From positions 75,826,001 through 75,890,000 of the forward strand of contig CM075979.1 in assembly GCA_038087875.1 (NCBI GenBank): a stretch of 64,000 nucleotides of DNA, given 5' to 3'. This stretch comes from Malacoraja senta. Taxonomy: Eukaryota. Positions within the stretch are counted from its first letter, which is position 1. Each line of letters opens with the position of its first letter. This document shows, one piece after another, positions 23,719 through 35,817 of this stretch. Under the pieces are notes generated by a model, which was not told the origin of the DNA, did no database searches, and worked only from the letters and a program-made list of their open reading frames with translations. A program made the position numbers and the translations under genes.

Positions 23719-25510
23719 GTAGGAACAGCTTATCCTGTCCTCTCCTGTTTGAAGGGTTACTTGTGTCTGTTCTGGAGAGGTAGATGAATATGCAGAACCC
23801 CTGATTTTTGATGCTCATTTACAACTGCTTCCAACTGACATCTGCTTCAGCATCAACATAAAACTATTGTGTGGTTCTTATTTTAATATATTTGTTTGTT
23901 CGTGGGACCTGCCTAGCATTTATTACCTATCCCTAGGTTCCTCTGAAGTGAATGCTTTGTAGGCCATTTGGAAAGTATTTGAGAAGTAACAACACCTCTG
24001 AAAGGACATCAATGGACCAGGTGTGATTTTACCACAAAATGGTAGTTTAATGGTTAAAATACTGGGACCAGCTTTTTATTCCAGAGATATTTAACAATCA
24101 TTTTTCCCATTTTACAAAATGGGATTCAAACTCATTTCTGCAGTTCGGTGACCCAGACCGTACCTCAAGATTGAGAGATTGTTGATAAGAAATGAATTAA
24201 GGGATAAGGTGTTAATGCAGATAAATAAAGATGAGGTACAAATCTGCTATTATCTAATTGAAAAGGTGGACAAGCTTCAGAGGGTTGAAAGGTTGAACTT
24301 TGCTTTGATGTTCCAAAAGTATTTTAATAAGGGTATAAACTGCCTCCAATATTGGTGGGGGAATTGTCGTTGGTATGCAGGTGAAAGAAGGAATTCTGTG
24401 CTAAATCCTTTGTGGGTTTTCTGAAAAGTCTTTGCCTGGGCATGGACATTGGATATAGATTGGATCTGGCCCAGTAAATGATGCACAATTTCACGTGATC
24501 TAACATCTAAAGAACAGCAAATGCTGGAAGCATTCGGCAGGTTAGACACCATGAGGATATTTTTGGTCTGGGATGGTAGTTTGCTGATGACTCAAAAATA
24601 GGTAGAGTGGCAGATAGAGTAGGTGGGTGCCAAAGAATATAGAGGGACATAGATCAGCTGCAAAGTTGGGCTAAGTGGTGATAGGTGGAATTTAATCTAT
24701 ATAAGTGTGAGGTAATGCATTTTGGGTTGTCTAACACTGGTCAGACATTTACAGTAAACAGCAGGGAATTTGAGGGTCATTAATCTATAGAGGGAAATTG
24801 GGATGTAAGTTCATAGCTCCTTGAAAATGGTGACCCAGGTGAAAATGGAATTTGGCTTACTTGCTTTCATCGGCAGTATTGAATATACGAGGTGACCTTT
24901 ACTCAGTGACTAAGCCTCCACAGCCCTCTTTTGTGTTGTTTCCAGAAATTCAATACCCTCTGCTGAAGAAATTTCTCATTGCAAATCTGAATGGCTGAGC
25001 CATTATTTTGAGACATTGACTCCCTGTGCTGAACAAACCATCTGTGCAGAACCCCCCCCCCCCCCCCCCCATCTACCATGTCAAGCCTTTTGTATGCTTC
25101 ATTAAACACCTTTCCTTCATCCCAACTTTGGAGGGTGTCTGCTAAATCTCTCCACATAAAACAAACCCACAATTACATCTGAAAATAAACTGCTGGAAGA
25201 ACAAAGTGGGTCATATAGCATCTATGGAGACAATAGGATGGTCATCATTTCGGGTCAAGGGCCTGCAAGAGGACTTGGATGCGACTTGACCCACTGATTG
25301 TTCCAGATTCGAACATTTGTGGTCACTTTTATTGGCAAGGGCATTGATAAAAGGCCATCATAGAGAGACCCAAGAAGAACGGAGAAAGTGCCTGGAGCGT
25401 AACCTTATTTAAAACAATATTAAGTGCATCAATGGTAGTGTTACTGGATCCGATTTAATCTAATCTAAACGATATGTAGTTCTTTCATCTTGTGACCTCT
25501 TCTTTTCTAG

Positions 25511-25625
25511 GTGATTTACCAGCTGTGTGCTTACTCTGATACCTCTGGTCCAACCATGCGATACTTGAGAACAAGCCAGGATTTTCTCTTTTCTCAGCTC
25601 CAACATCTACCCTTTGCAGTTAAAG
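25511..25625 (+). CDS. NUP205: NUP205 coding exon 12/32
   Basis: ttctag|..|gtaaat; VIYQLCAYSDTSGPTMRYLRTSQDFLFSQLQHLPFAVK. Confidence 0.95.
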
Positions 25626-25876
25626 GTAAATGAATATCTGGGCAGGACCTATGTTCTGCCTTATATTCTCTCTTTTCAGTAGATGTTCCTGTTTCCTCGC
25701 ACTTTGTCTCCCTCTTTTTAATCCCCTTTTCTTATTCCCTGTCCTGTTCCAAGGCTAGACTTTACTATCAGCATTGCTGATTGATTTCCTTGTACCATGT
25801 TCTTTGTGTTAAATAAAGTGCGTGCGTCAAAATAAATAACCATTTTATTAAAAGTTGGATAAATTCCTCTCTGCAG

Positions 25877-26026
25877 GCCATGAGATCTCAGCTTTGAACC
25901 AGATGTCATGGCTGATGAAGACTGCTGGGATTGAACTGCGTGTGACATCTTTGAATCGGCAGCGTTCTCACACACAGCGCCTTCTCCATCTGCTGCTCGA
26001 CGATGTGCCGATGCGTTCGTATACCA
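25877..26026 (+). CDS. NUP205: NUP205 coding exon 13/32
   Basis: ctgcag|..|gtaagt; HEISALNQMSWLMKTAGIELRVTSLNRQRSHTQRLLHLLLDD. Confidence 0.95.
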
Positions 26027-27083
26027 GTAAGTTATTGTGAGCGCACAGGTATCCTAAAAATCATACCACATTGAAGGACATGGTCATTAGATAATTAGTG
26101 CCACTACCTCAACCTACTTTATAATCTTGTGATTTCCTTGTTTATTATTTCTTTTGGAAAGTTACTATTTAATATTATTCCAATGGTCTTTCGAACTGGT
26201 ACATTCCAATTTCTGTATAAACTTGAAATTCCCCTCCTTTTATCTTCACCTACTTTAAGTCTGTGTTCTCAATTTACCCGCTCTCCTTCCGGGGGAAATT
26301 AATTCTTTCTATTCAAACAAATCATAATTTTGACCGCTTCTATTAAATCTTTCTGTAACTTTGCCTGTTTTAACAAGCACATTCTCATCTGCTCCAATCC
26401 CTCAAAATTGATTTGGAATTTAGTGCAGTTAGTTGCTCAAAAATGACTTCCAATTTGATTATTTTCATGAACCCATTGGTGAGAACTACCAGATCGTCCT
26501 AAAATCTATATTTCCGAGCTTAATTATTTTTGTTTTAGTCAAGTCAAGTCAAGAGAGTTTATTGTCATGTGTCCCAGATAGGACAATGAAATTCTTGCTT
26601 GCTGTAGCACAACAGAATATAGTAAGCTTAAATACAGAACAGTTCAGTGTGTTTATGAAGCAGCTCTTTTCATCTACTGAAGTAGAAGACAATGACTGTT
26701 CTACTTTTGCTCATTGATTACAGCTTCTCTGCATGTTCTTGATCAATATTGAATGAAGACATATTTTATCTTTGCCAAAAATCCACAATTGGCCACCAAA
26801 TAAACTATTGCTTTAGAAGGTCCCTGAGCTTCCATTGCAAGGCAACTAAATATGTACTGTATGGGTTGCCCTTGGATCTCAAATGGATAAGCTAAACAAA
26901 CTTTAATTAAGTCTTTGTACTTTCATCTGTTTGTGAAAGGAGTCAATAATGACAACATTCTGACTAATCTTATTTGTTTATCATCTAGTTTTGTGTGCTT
27001 CTAATTAATTCTGTTCTTGAATATCATTGTATGATGTACAAAAGTACTGGTTGCTGCTTCATGTTGATGTCTTCATCCACCAG

Positions 27084-27158
27084 TTGATGCCGAAGGAGGT
27101 CTTGAAGAGGATATGAGGACCATCACTGGGTTTCTACAGGTTGACAGTACCTCGAAAG
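27084..27158 (+). CDS. NUP205: NUP205 coding exon 14/32
   Basis: caccag|..|gtattt; DAEGGLEEDMRTITGFLQVDSTSK. Confidence 0.9.
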
Positions 27159-27171
27159 GTATTTTCAACTT

Positions 27172-27945
27172 TAATTTAGTTTATTGTCACGTGTACTGAA
27201 TTACAGAGAAAAGTTATTTTGTTGTGTGCTATCCAGCCAGCGGAAAGAATATACATGATTACAATCAAGCCGTCCACGGTGTACAGATACAGGATAAAGG
27301 GAATGATATTTAGTGCAAGATAAAGTCCCATAAAGCTTAATTAAAGATAGTCCGAGGGTCTCCAATGAAGTGGATGGTAGGTCAGGACCGCTCTCTGGTT
27401 GGAGATAGGATGTTCAATTGCCTGTTAACAGCAGGGAAGAAACTGTCCCCGAATCTGGAGATATGTGTTTTCACACTTCTGTACCTGTTGTTGATGGGAG
27501 AAGTGAGAAGATGGATTGTCCGGGGTGAGGCTTGTCGTTCATTATGCTGGTGGCCTTGCCGAGGCAGCGTGAAGTGTAAATGGAGTCACTGGAAGGGAGG
27601 TTGGTTTGCGTGATGGTCTGGGATGGAGCCGTTCCCAAACCATGCTGTGATGCATCCCAATAAAATGCTTTCTGTGGCTCATCTGTAGAAATTGGTGAGA
27701 GTTGTTGGGGACATGCTGAACTTCCTAATCCTTGTAAGGAAGTCGAGGTGCTGGTGTGCTTTCTTGGTGATCGCTTTGATATGACTGGTCCAGGACAAGT
27801 TGCTTGTGATATTTAATCCTAAGAACTTGAAACTATCAACCATCTCTACTTTGGCACTGTCAATATATACTGGGGTTAATTTACCACTTCGCTTCCTGGA
27901 GTTGATCACAATCTCCTCTATCTTGCTGACATTGAGGGACAGTTA
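27172..27945 (-). mobile_element. Rex1/Babar-like LINE RT C-terminal fragment
   Basis: ORF 27679-27909: VDSFKFLGLNITSNLSWTSHIKAITKKAHQHLDFL...LTNFYR; GTGACAATAAAC 3' end. Confidence 0.8.
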
Positions 27946-28371
27946 GGAGAAAAGAGGAAATTGAATAACATTTTATGAGTTAATATGATGTGATCATAGG
28001 TATCATTCTTTATAAATCGATTTCACCTAATCATTTCAGCGACACTGAAAAACCAAAAGTGTCGTATATCAAGAACTGTTGTACATCTGCAAAGATCCAC
28101 ATGCCTGCTTCTTATCTGTGTGACAGTTGTTTATTCATATGTCATATTTCATGATATAGGCAGTGTAGTTATTGTTTGTCAGATACATTAAACAGGCATT
28201 TAAATTTCTGTTGCTAAATTTTAATCCATTTTCAGTGCAGCTATGGGCTCGGCATACTCGCTGGTTTGGATCAAAGTTATTCCAGTCCAATATCTATCAA
28301 GGCATGCTTAGTTACTGGAAGTAACTCAGGAGTTTTTTGTGAGACTTGATGTTTGAATGTTGTTGTTCTAG

Positions 28372-28529
28372 TACGGCGAAAGATCCTCAGTATTTTGGAT
28401 TCAATTGACTTTCGTCAGGAGAGCACAGAAGAGCTTCACCTGGACTTCTTTGATCGTGTTCAAATTGAGCAGGTCATCTGTAAGTGTGAGCACAAGAACC
28501 AGCAGGGCCAGACTGTCTGCAATGTGAAG
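28372..28529 (+). CDS. NUP205: NUP205 coding exon 15/32
   Basis: ttctag|..|gtaatt; VRRKILSILDSIDF...GQTVCNVK. Confidence 0.95.
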
Positions 28530-29057
28530 GTAATTGAGTCTGAATTAGCATCATGTGGGTAAATGTCTCACTCATCTTCTTACCCTCTTGATCTCTGCCG
28601 TGCTCTCTGTCACCCATGAGTCCATGGCAGCTTTCAGCAGAGCCTCATCGATCCCATTTCCCCATATTTTTCCAATTCTCACTCGTATGCCCATCTACAC
28701 TTTTGTACTGCTTTTTGCCAATTACCTACACTTACGTGGTAGTCAATTAATACATATTTGATGTGTGAGAGTTAACCAGACAACCTGGGGCAATTTCACA
28801 TGATCACAAGGATAATGTGCAGACTCCACAAGCATGAGCACCTAATGTCAGGCTTGAATCCAAGTCACTGGCACTGTAAAACAGCAGGCTAACTGCTATT
28901 CCATGATCCACCATTCTCTAGTTTGTATAGAGAGCCTCTCTTGCGCTTACCCTGTCTCACCCCCTCACCTTGTCGACTACCTGCCCCGGTCCACCATCAG
29001 CTATAGTCTACTGAAGACGTATCCTGGTCAAATTACCATTTGTCACAGAGAGAGGCA

Positions 29058-29608
29058 GAGACCCGGTTGGTGCCAGCAATGGCTGCCTCGCCAACAGTCT
29101 GTCTGTCCTTTCCTTCTTTGTGTTTTAATAGTATGTGTTAAATGTTTGTTTTTAGTGTTCTTTAGCTTGTTTTATGTGGGGTGGGGGGTGGCGGAATTTT
29201 TTCTAATCTCTTACCTAGACGGAGATGCGATTTTTTTTTTCCGTATCGTATCTCCATCCACACTGTGGCCTAACATCGAGGAGTTGGCGGCCTTTGCTGC
29301 AGACCGATTTCGAGAGCTCCACCGTGGTGAGCCTATGGGACTTTAACATCGCAGAGCCCGCGATCGCTTTGCCAGGGATCGACCTCGGAGTTCCAACAGT
29401 GGGTGCTTGCGGACTTTAACATCACGGAGCCGCGGTCTCTGGTCAGAGACCGACTTCGGGAACTCCAAGCCGCGGGAGTTTCGATCCTCCCGACACGGGA
29501 GTTTCGATCGTCCCGACACGGGAGTTTTTGTATGGCTGTATGGTAATTTGCATATCACTGTCGTTTAATTGGTACATGTGACAATAAAAGACTTTTGAAA
29601 CCTTTGAA
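29058..29608 (+). mobile_element. GC-rich non-autonomous retroelement
   Basis: 5' AATGGCTGCC..CAGTCTGTCTG plus T-rich tract; 3' GGTACATGTGACAATAAAAG with (TTTGAA) tail; internal 23-bp tandem duplication 29474-29527. Confidence 0.65.
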
Positions 29609-29912
29609 GTCTTGCTCATGGAATGCTGGGCTTTGGGCTCAATGTTTGCAGCTAACAATATCCAGTAAAGGCCTCTTCTCCAAGTTTATGTTGAGATCCA
29701 CACTGGATCCAGAGGGTGAAAGATCATATGCTCATAAGCAGTGACAAAGATGCCTGGTTGCCATCCCAACCATTCTTCCTTGTATTGTAGTATCACCATA
29801 AGAGATTGCAAAATATCTCCCTCTGTTTTCAGGATGCCCTCTTTAGATATTTTGACATGGGATTTTCAATGTAATCTTGCAACATTAATATTTTCATTGC
29901 TTTGTCACCTAG

Positions 29913-29993
29913 CTCCTACACAGAGTGCTGATTGCTGAAATAAATGCCCTGCAAGGAATAGCAGCCATAGGACAAAGACCCATATTGATGGAG
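29913..29993 (+). CDS. NUP205: NUP205 coding exon 16/32
   Basis: acctag|..|gtgagt; LLHRVLIAEINALQGIAAIGQRPILME. Confidence 0.95.
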
Positions 29994-30129
29994 GTGAGTT
30001 TCTGTGCAATGGGTTTTATTGTTGAAATCAACAGCAACACTCTGGTCTCCCTCAGTGGTATGTTACATGCAGTGAACAGCTATATCTTGTGGGAACAGGA
30101 CACTTCCAGATTGGTTCTGCCTAACTAAT

Positions 30130-30680
30130 GATCACAATGCTACATTCAGTAGTTAAGAAGGTAAATGGCATTTTGGCCTTCATTGCCGTGGCTGGGATTA
30201 AAAAAAAGACACAGGGTTGATGCAATTGCCTCACTTTGAATGCCTTGTTCAGTTTCTATCCCCCTTCCCAAAGAAAGGTTCCAGTAACATTTGGAGGCAG
30301 TCCAAAGCAGATTTACCAGGCTAATTCCTGGGATGAGAGGGATGCAATTGGAACAAAACCTGTTTTTTAAACTTCAGCAATTTTTTTTAACATTTAAGTT
30401 CATAAGGGGGCTTGACAGGGTAGACTTTTGGATGTTTACATCATTAGAAGAGTCCTGAACCTGGGGACATAACCACAAGATAAGGAGCCGGTCTTTTAAA
30501 ATTGAGGTGCTTAGAAATTTCTTCTCACTGCGGTGGGATGAATATCTGAAATTCTCTGCCCTGGCAGGTTCTAGAAACTGGATTACTCGAAGTATTTAAC
30601 GTTGGGTGTATAAATATTTGAGCTATCATCAAGAAGAGGGATTGAGTCCCGCATTGATCAGCTGCTCCTGATGTTGTTTG
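30130..30680 (+). mobile_element. CR1 LINE 3' fragment, degenerate
   Basis: Decayed KKANG/FTRLIPGM/RGH-type motifs. Confidence 0.65.
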
Positions 30681-31070
30681 GAATTGCTTGGTTCCGGGAA
30701 ATGACTAAAACAATGAATCTTTCCACAAAATATCATTAGTTTATGGAACAAATTAAAGTTGTTAGCTCAACTTCAAAAGTTGCTTTAACTAAAGAAATGT
30801 TCTTAGTTTTCAAAGATTATTTATGTTGTAGTTAGCCAGTGGTATTTGTCTTGATTGAAACCGATTTGAGCTTGCAACAGTCTTTTTTCATCTACATTGT
30901 TCAGTTGTCTCACTTTTTGTGCATTGGGAGACCTCCTGTAATTTAAAATATTTCTAGTTTTATCAACCTTTGCTATTCTGTGTTTTTGGGTTTGTCCTAT
31001 GAACACTTGGATGTTGTCAACTGTTAAGATGGGTTAATCTTAATTCTAATATTGTGTCTGTGTTGTTCAG

Positions 31071-31262
31071 GAAATCAACACAATTTTGCAGCATGTGGTG
31101 GAGAGGAACAAGCTGCGGGAGTGCCTCCACGCCAAGAGGCACATGCTGGAGTCTTGGCGTCAACTTGTCGAGATCATACTTGCAGCCTGTCCCCCAGATC
31201 TCATTCAGGGGGAGGACAGACAGCTGGTCATCCGAGATCTGCTGCACGAGCTCCACGACAAG
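31071..31262 (+). CDS. NUP205: NUP205 coding exon 17/32
   Basis: gttcag|..|gttggc; EINTILQHVVERNKLRECLHAKRHMLESWRQLVEII...LHDK. Confidence 0.94.
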
Positions 31263-32951
31263 GTTGGCTGAAAAATGCCTAATTACTCTGCCACTTATTA
31301 TCTTAAGTACACAAATTTCAGAACTAAAATGCATTGGTATATTGTAAAAGGTGGATGAGATAAAAGCAGTAGATAGAAAGAAGCTTTGCTTGGAAAAGCA
31401 AGAAGTCGAATTATCTTGGGTGGAGGTAAGAAATAATAAGGGATAGAAAATAATGGTGGGATTGGCCTTTCGGGGCCCAAGTGGTGGTATTGTGTAAATT
31501 GAAAAATTAGAGGCGCAGGTATGAAGAGTAACAGGGTAGAAGAATAATCAAAGGGAACTTTAATCTTCAGGTGGGGCAAACAATAAATGCATTCATGAAA
31601 CGTATGCAAGATGGGTTTCTGGGTGTATGTTGAAGAAATTTGTTGGGAACAGGCTATTTCTCATCTAATATTGTGGTCTTTAAGGAAGAATATCAGAATA
31701 TGTTGGAATTTAATCTTTAAAGTGAAACTGATTTAGTTCATTCTGATACAGGGTATCAAATTAAAACAAATAAATTTGTGTTTGGTTTACAATAAACATG
31801 TATCCCTTTAAGGTGTCAAATCCAATAAGGGAAGTAAGCTAATGGTGGTTAACAAGATAAGTTAAAGATGGTGTTACATCAAAGATAGAGTTTGATCAAA
31901 GAAAAAAGGTCAAGACTGATGAAATTTCAGAATTTGTCAACGAGTAAAGGGAAACAGCACAAAACAATAATCTGGGAGAAACAAAATATAAAACTCGATT
32001 ATGAAAGCAAATCTACGTTAATTTGAGTCCCTCACAACTAAGGCAGAGAAATTAAACAAATATATCAATCAATTAGTTGATAGTAGTTTTATGGCATTTA
32101 ATAAGTAATTGTAGAATTGGGCAAAACCAACATTGATTTCTCCAGGAGAAGGCATGCTCGATAAATCATTATAGTTTTGTGATTGTGACTAGCACAATAG
32201 ATGAGGATGAACCAGCTACAGTGGATTTGGACTCCAGAAGGCTTTTCATAAAGTGCCATGCAAGAGGTCATTGCAATGGAGGCTGTGACTGGAGAGGTGT
32301 CACAAGGATTGGTGCTGGGCAGCGGTGAGAGTTATGAAGAGTTTGCAGAGAAGTAGAGAGGTTCCATGTGGATTCTGTAAGATAGGTGAACGGGTGAGCA
32401 CACGGGAATTGGAATAATAAATAGAAAGATAGGCCACCTACTTTGTTAAAAAAAATTGCAACTTTAAATGTATTTTTTCAGTAGTGAAAGATGTCAACGT
32501 TTTTGTATTCAGAGAGACGTGAATGTTCTCGTACACAAATTACTTGAAAACAAACTAGGTGCAGCAAGCAATGACGAAGGCATGAAGTATGTTGGCCTTT
32601 ATTACAAGAAGCTTTCAGTACAAGAGAGAAAATGTCTTATTGAAATTATGTACAGCCCTGGTGTGACTTCGCCTGGAATACTGTCCACAAATCTGGTCCC
32701 CAATCTAAGAAACTTTGTACTTGCAGTTGAAGAAGTGTAATGTAGGTGCACTAAATTGATTCCTCGGTTGGTGGGGCTGACCTATGAGGAGATATTTAAT
32801 TGACAAAGCTTGCATTTTATATTAACAACATTATTTCATCAAAACATTTGACTCACCAAACATTATTTGAATCATATTGTGATTCTTGGGAACATATTTT
32901 CCAGTGCTCTGTGGTGTGATGTATTTTAGAATCGACATCTCTCTTACTTAG

Positions 32952-33192
32952 ATCCTCAACGAGGAGGCTGCCCAGGAACTCATGCCCATGGTGGCTGGAA
33001 CAGTGTTCACGCTAACCGCTCACCTCAGCCAGACAGTCCGCAATGAGCAGAAGCAGGCGCTCAATGCCCATTCTCAGAATGTCCTTAATGGCTGCTCCAT
33101 GCCAGGGGATATTTCAGCTACCTTTGGCTACATTGGGGACTCTTCTCTTCACATCATCCTCAGGAAGCTCTTGGATTTCATCCTCAGAACTG
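32952..33192 (+). CDS. NUP205: NUP205 coding exon 18/32
   Basis: acttag|..|gtaggt; ILNEEAAQELMPMVAGTVFTLTAHLSQ...KLLDFILRT. Confidence 0.94.
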
Positions 33193-33550
33193 GTAGGTTC
33201 CACTGAAAATACCACTGCTGTTCACCGAGCAACTAGATTCTTGGAACGTTGATTCCAATTGTCTTGTTTTCACGTGTTTTGCTGTTCCCAACAATTCTAT
33301 ACTGTCCACTGTTTAGACTCGAGTTAACAATAACTTGGTGTCAAGAACCATGTAACTTTTACAATTTCAACTCATGGGAAGTTCATAATAAGAAACCTTA
33401 ATCCATCTGTTTGGGAATTCACTTTTTCATTAATCTATGTGTAAAGCAAGTTTCTTTTGCCTTTTGTGCATGTCCCAATACATAAATAATCACTCTTGGT
33501 ACAGTGCAAGTGAAAGGGTGACGATCACTGACACATGTTGTTGTTGGCAG

Positions 33551-33649
33551 GTGGCGGTTTCCAGCGTGTAAGAGCACACCTCTATGGAGCACTTTTGTAT
33601 TACCTGCAGACGAGTCAGAAGCCTGATGAACCAGACACTCTGGAAACAG
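33551..33649 (+). CDS. NUP205: NUP205 coding exon 19/32
   Basis: tggcag|..|gtatgg; GGFQRVRAHLYGALLYYLQTSQKPDEPDTLET. Confidence 0.95.
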
Positions 33650-34678
33650 GTATGGTTGCTCTATACATGGATATGATTGTTGTAGGTCATGGAAATGGGA
33701 GTCTGTGAGCAATGTTTTTTTTCCTCTTATGTCACATTTCTGATTATCCAACTGAGGAATCTTGAGCCAAAGAGTGGACTCTAACTCTCAATCAATTAAA
33801 ATAGAGAACAACATAGGGTAAAAGCAAAACATAAAATACTGCTGGAACTCAGTGGGTCAGGAGTAAAATCCTTTCTCCGGTCAAAGTTTGCTTCTGGCAT
33901 CCTATCAGAAAAGGATGGATTTGAACCCATACACGTCCTCCCCACGTTGCAAGCCTATGACTTACATACAGCCCATTCATACAAATTAGTGTTTGTGGAA
34001 TCGGTGGGAAAGATGGGGAAGGATTTACTGGCGGCTGCAGAGCTACATGCAATGTCTGCTACGTGGGAACGGGGCATTGCCATGTGCCTTCACTTTCCCA
34101 ATCTCTCCCCTCCAGTTGTAACAATCATGAGCTGGGACGAGCAGAGCTGGGAGAGTTGAGCAGACTTGCTCTCTCACTCACTGGGTCAATGAAGCCAACC
34201 ATTTCTCCTCCCGTCACAACTGTTTCTGTTCATTTCTGACTGAGGAACAGAATGCTGTCATAACCTGGTGTCTTCCAGTATCCTTGATGTAAAAGACCAA
34301 TATAACAACAGTTCATAATATTTTTCTGCTAATATAGGTCTGCTAGTCTGCTGGAAGTTTAAATTGACTGGCCCACACATTAAGAATGGTCAATTTGTCA
34401 AGAAATGTGAACATAATTCAAATGAGCTATTTAACTGGGAAGTACAATGTTTTTTCATTCTAGCAAGATGCAAGCAGTATTGGCCAATGTTAGAAGCCTT
34501 GATCAATCATGTTTCCTTCTATATCAAACTTAGTGCCACTAAAGCTTATTATAATGCATTCCGTGTTTCTCTGACTGATAGCTCTGACTTCGAACTGATT
34601 CATGGTAGAAAATAGGAATTGTATTTCTGGGTGGGCTGAGTGCAATATCACCTGCTGCCATCAATCATTATGTTGCAG

Positions 34679-34827
34679 GAAAGCAAACCATGTGGGAGAG
34701 ACTCACAGCTCCAGAAGATGATTACACCAAACTGCAAAAGGATAACATGAATATCATAGAGAGTTATGGGGCATCGTTGATGGAGGTTGTTTGTCGAGAT
34801 GCTTGTGATGGGCATGAAATCGGTCAA
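34679..34827 (+). CDS. NUP205: NUP205 coding exon 20/32
   Basis: ttgcag|..|gtaagt; KQTMWERLTAPEDD...MEVVCRDACDGHEIGQ. Confidence 0.95.
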
Positions 34828-35559
34828 GTAAGTATGAGTAAACCACGAGTATGCCCAAAGGCCAAGGTGACCACTGCAATATTAGATTTGTACTCTTCCA
34901 TTTTAACGCCTTTCTCCCACCACAAGCAACTGACGTTTTTCGTTGATATGTTGCCTTCATATATTCACTGGGTAATTGTATCATGTCATGTCATACAAAC
35001 CAACAAGTGGCGGCCTCTGTTCTTGTTCTCTCTTATTAGCTGATCTTCTCATTAGCTGACGAGTCTTGAGACCAAAAACGAGAAATCTGACTGAATTTAG
35101 TTTAGAGATACTGTTCGAGTTCTGACTGTTGGTCAGTGAATCACATCAGAAACTATGGATGTTCATTGAGGACAAAGATGAGCTCTTGTTGACATGGCCC
35201 CTCATTGTTGAATAAGAAAGAAACAAGATATTAGGTTACTCAGTAGAAACAAGAACTACAGATGCTGGTTTACAAAATAAGACAAAGTGCTGGAGTAACT
35301 CGGGTCAGGTAGCATATCGGAAGAATGTGGATAGATGATGTTTCAGGTCGAGACCCTTCTTCAGGTTGGATTAGGTTACTCACCCTGAATGATGTGTGCA
35401 GTATCTTCATTTCATATAGTGTTCTCTACACCTAGCAGATTCAGTTGGGTTGGTTTAAGGGAATATGATAAATTGGAGAAATACTTGCTCCTGGATTCCC
35501 AACCCTAGAACTGTCCCCACATTGCACGATATCTCAGTGAATTGATATTCTCATTTCAG

Positions 35560-35751
35560 ATGCTTGCACTGGCAGTGTTAGACCGGATTGTGGCTATTGA
35601 CCAGCATCAACAATGGCTCTACTATCTCACCAACAGCGGCTACCTGAAAGCACTGGCAGACAGCTTGGCCCAGGATGATGCCATCCTTCAAAGCATGCTC
35701 AGTACCAAACCTCCTTTACTGAAAGCTTTGTACCTCTATGAATCTAAAATG
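35560..35751 (+). CDS. NUP205: NUP205 coding exon 21/32
   Basis: tttcag|..|gtacgt; MLALAVLDRIVAIDQHQQWLYYLTNSGYLK...YESKM. Confidence 0.95.
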
Positions 35752-35817
35752 GTACGTTTTTGGAGGTTTATTTATTTTTTGCCAAGCTAGTGTTAAAAAT
35801 GTGTTCACTCATGTACA

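Noticed and set aside
29474-29527. Short direct repeats superficially like a CRISPR array
   Set aside because: A 23-bp tandem duplication without unique spacers, in a eukaryotic retroelement.
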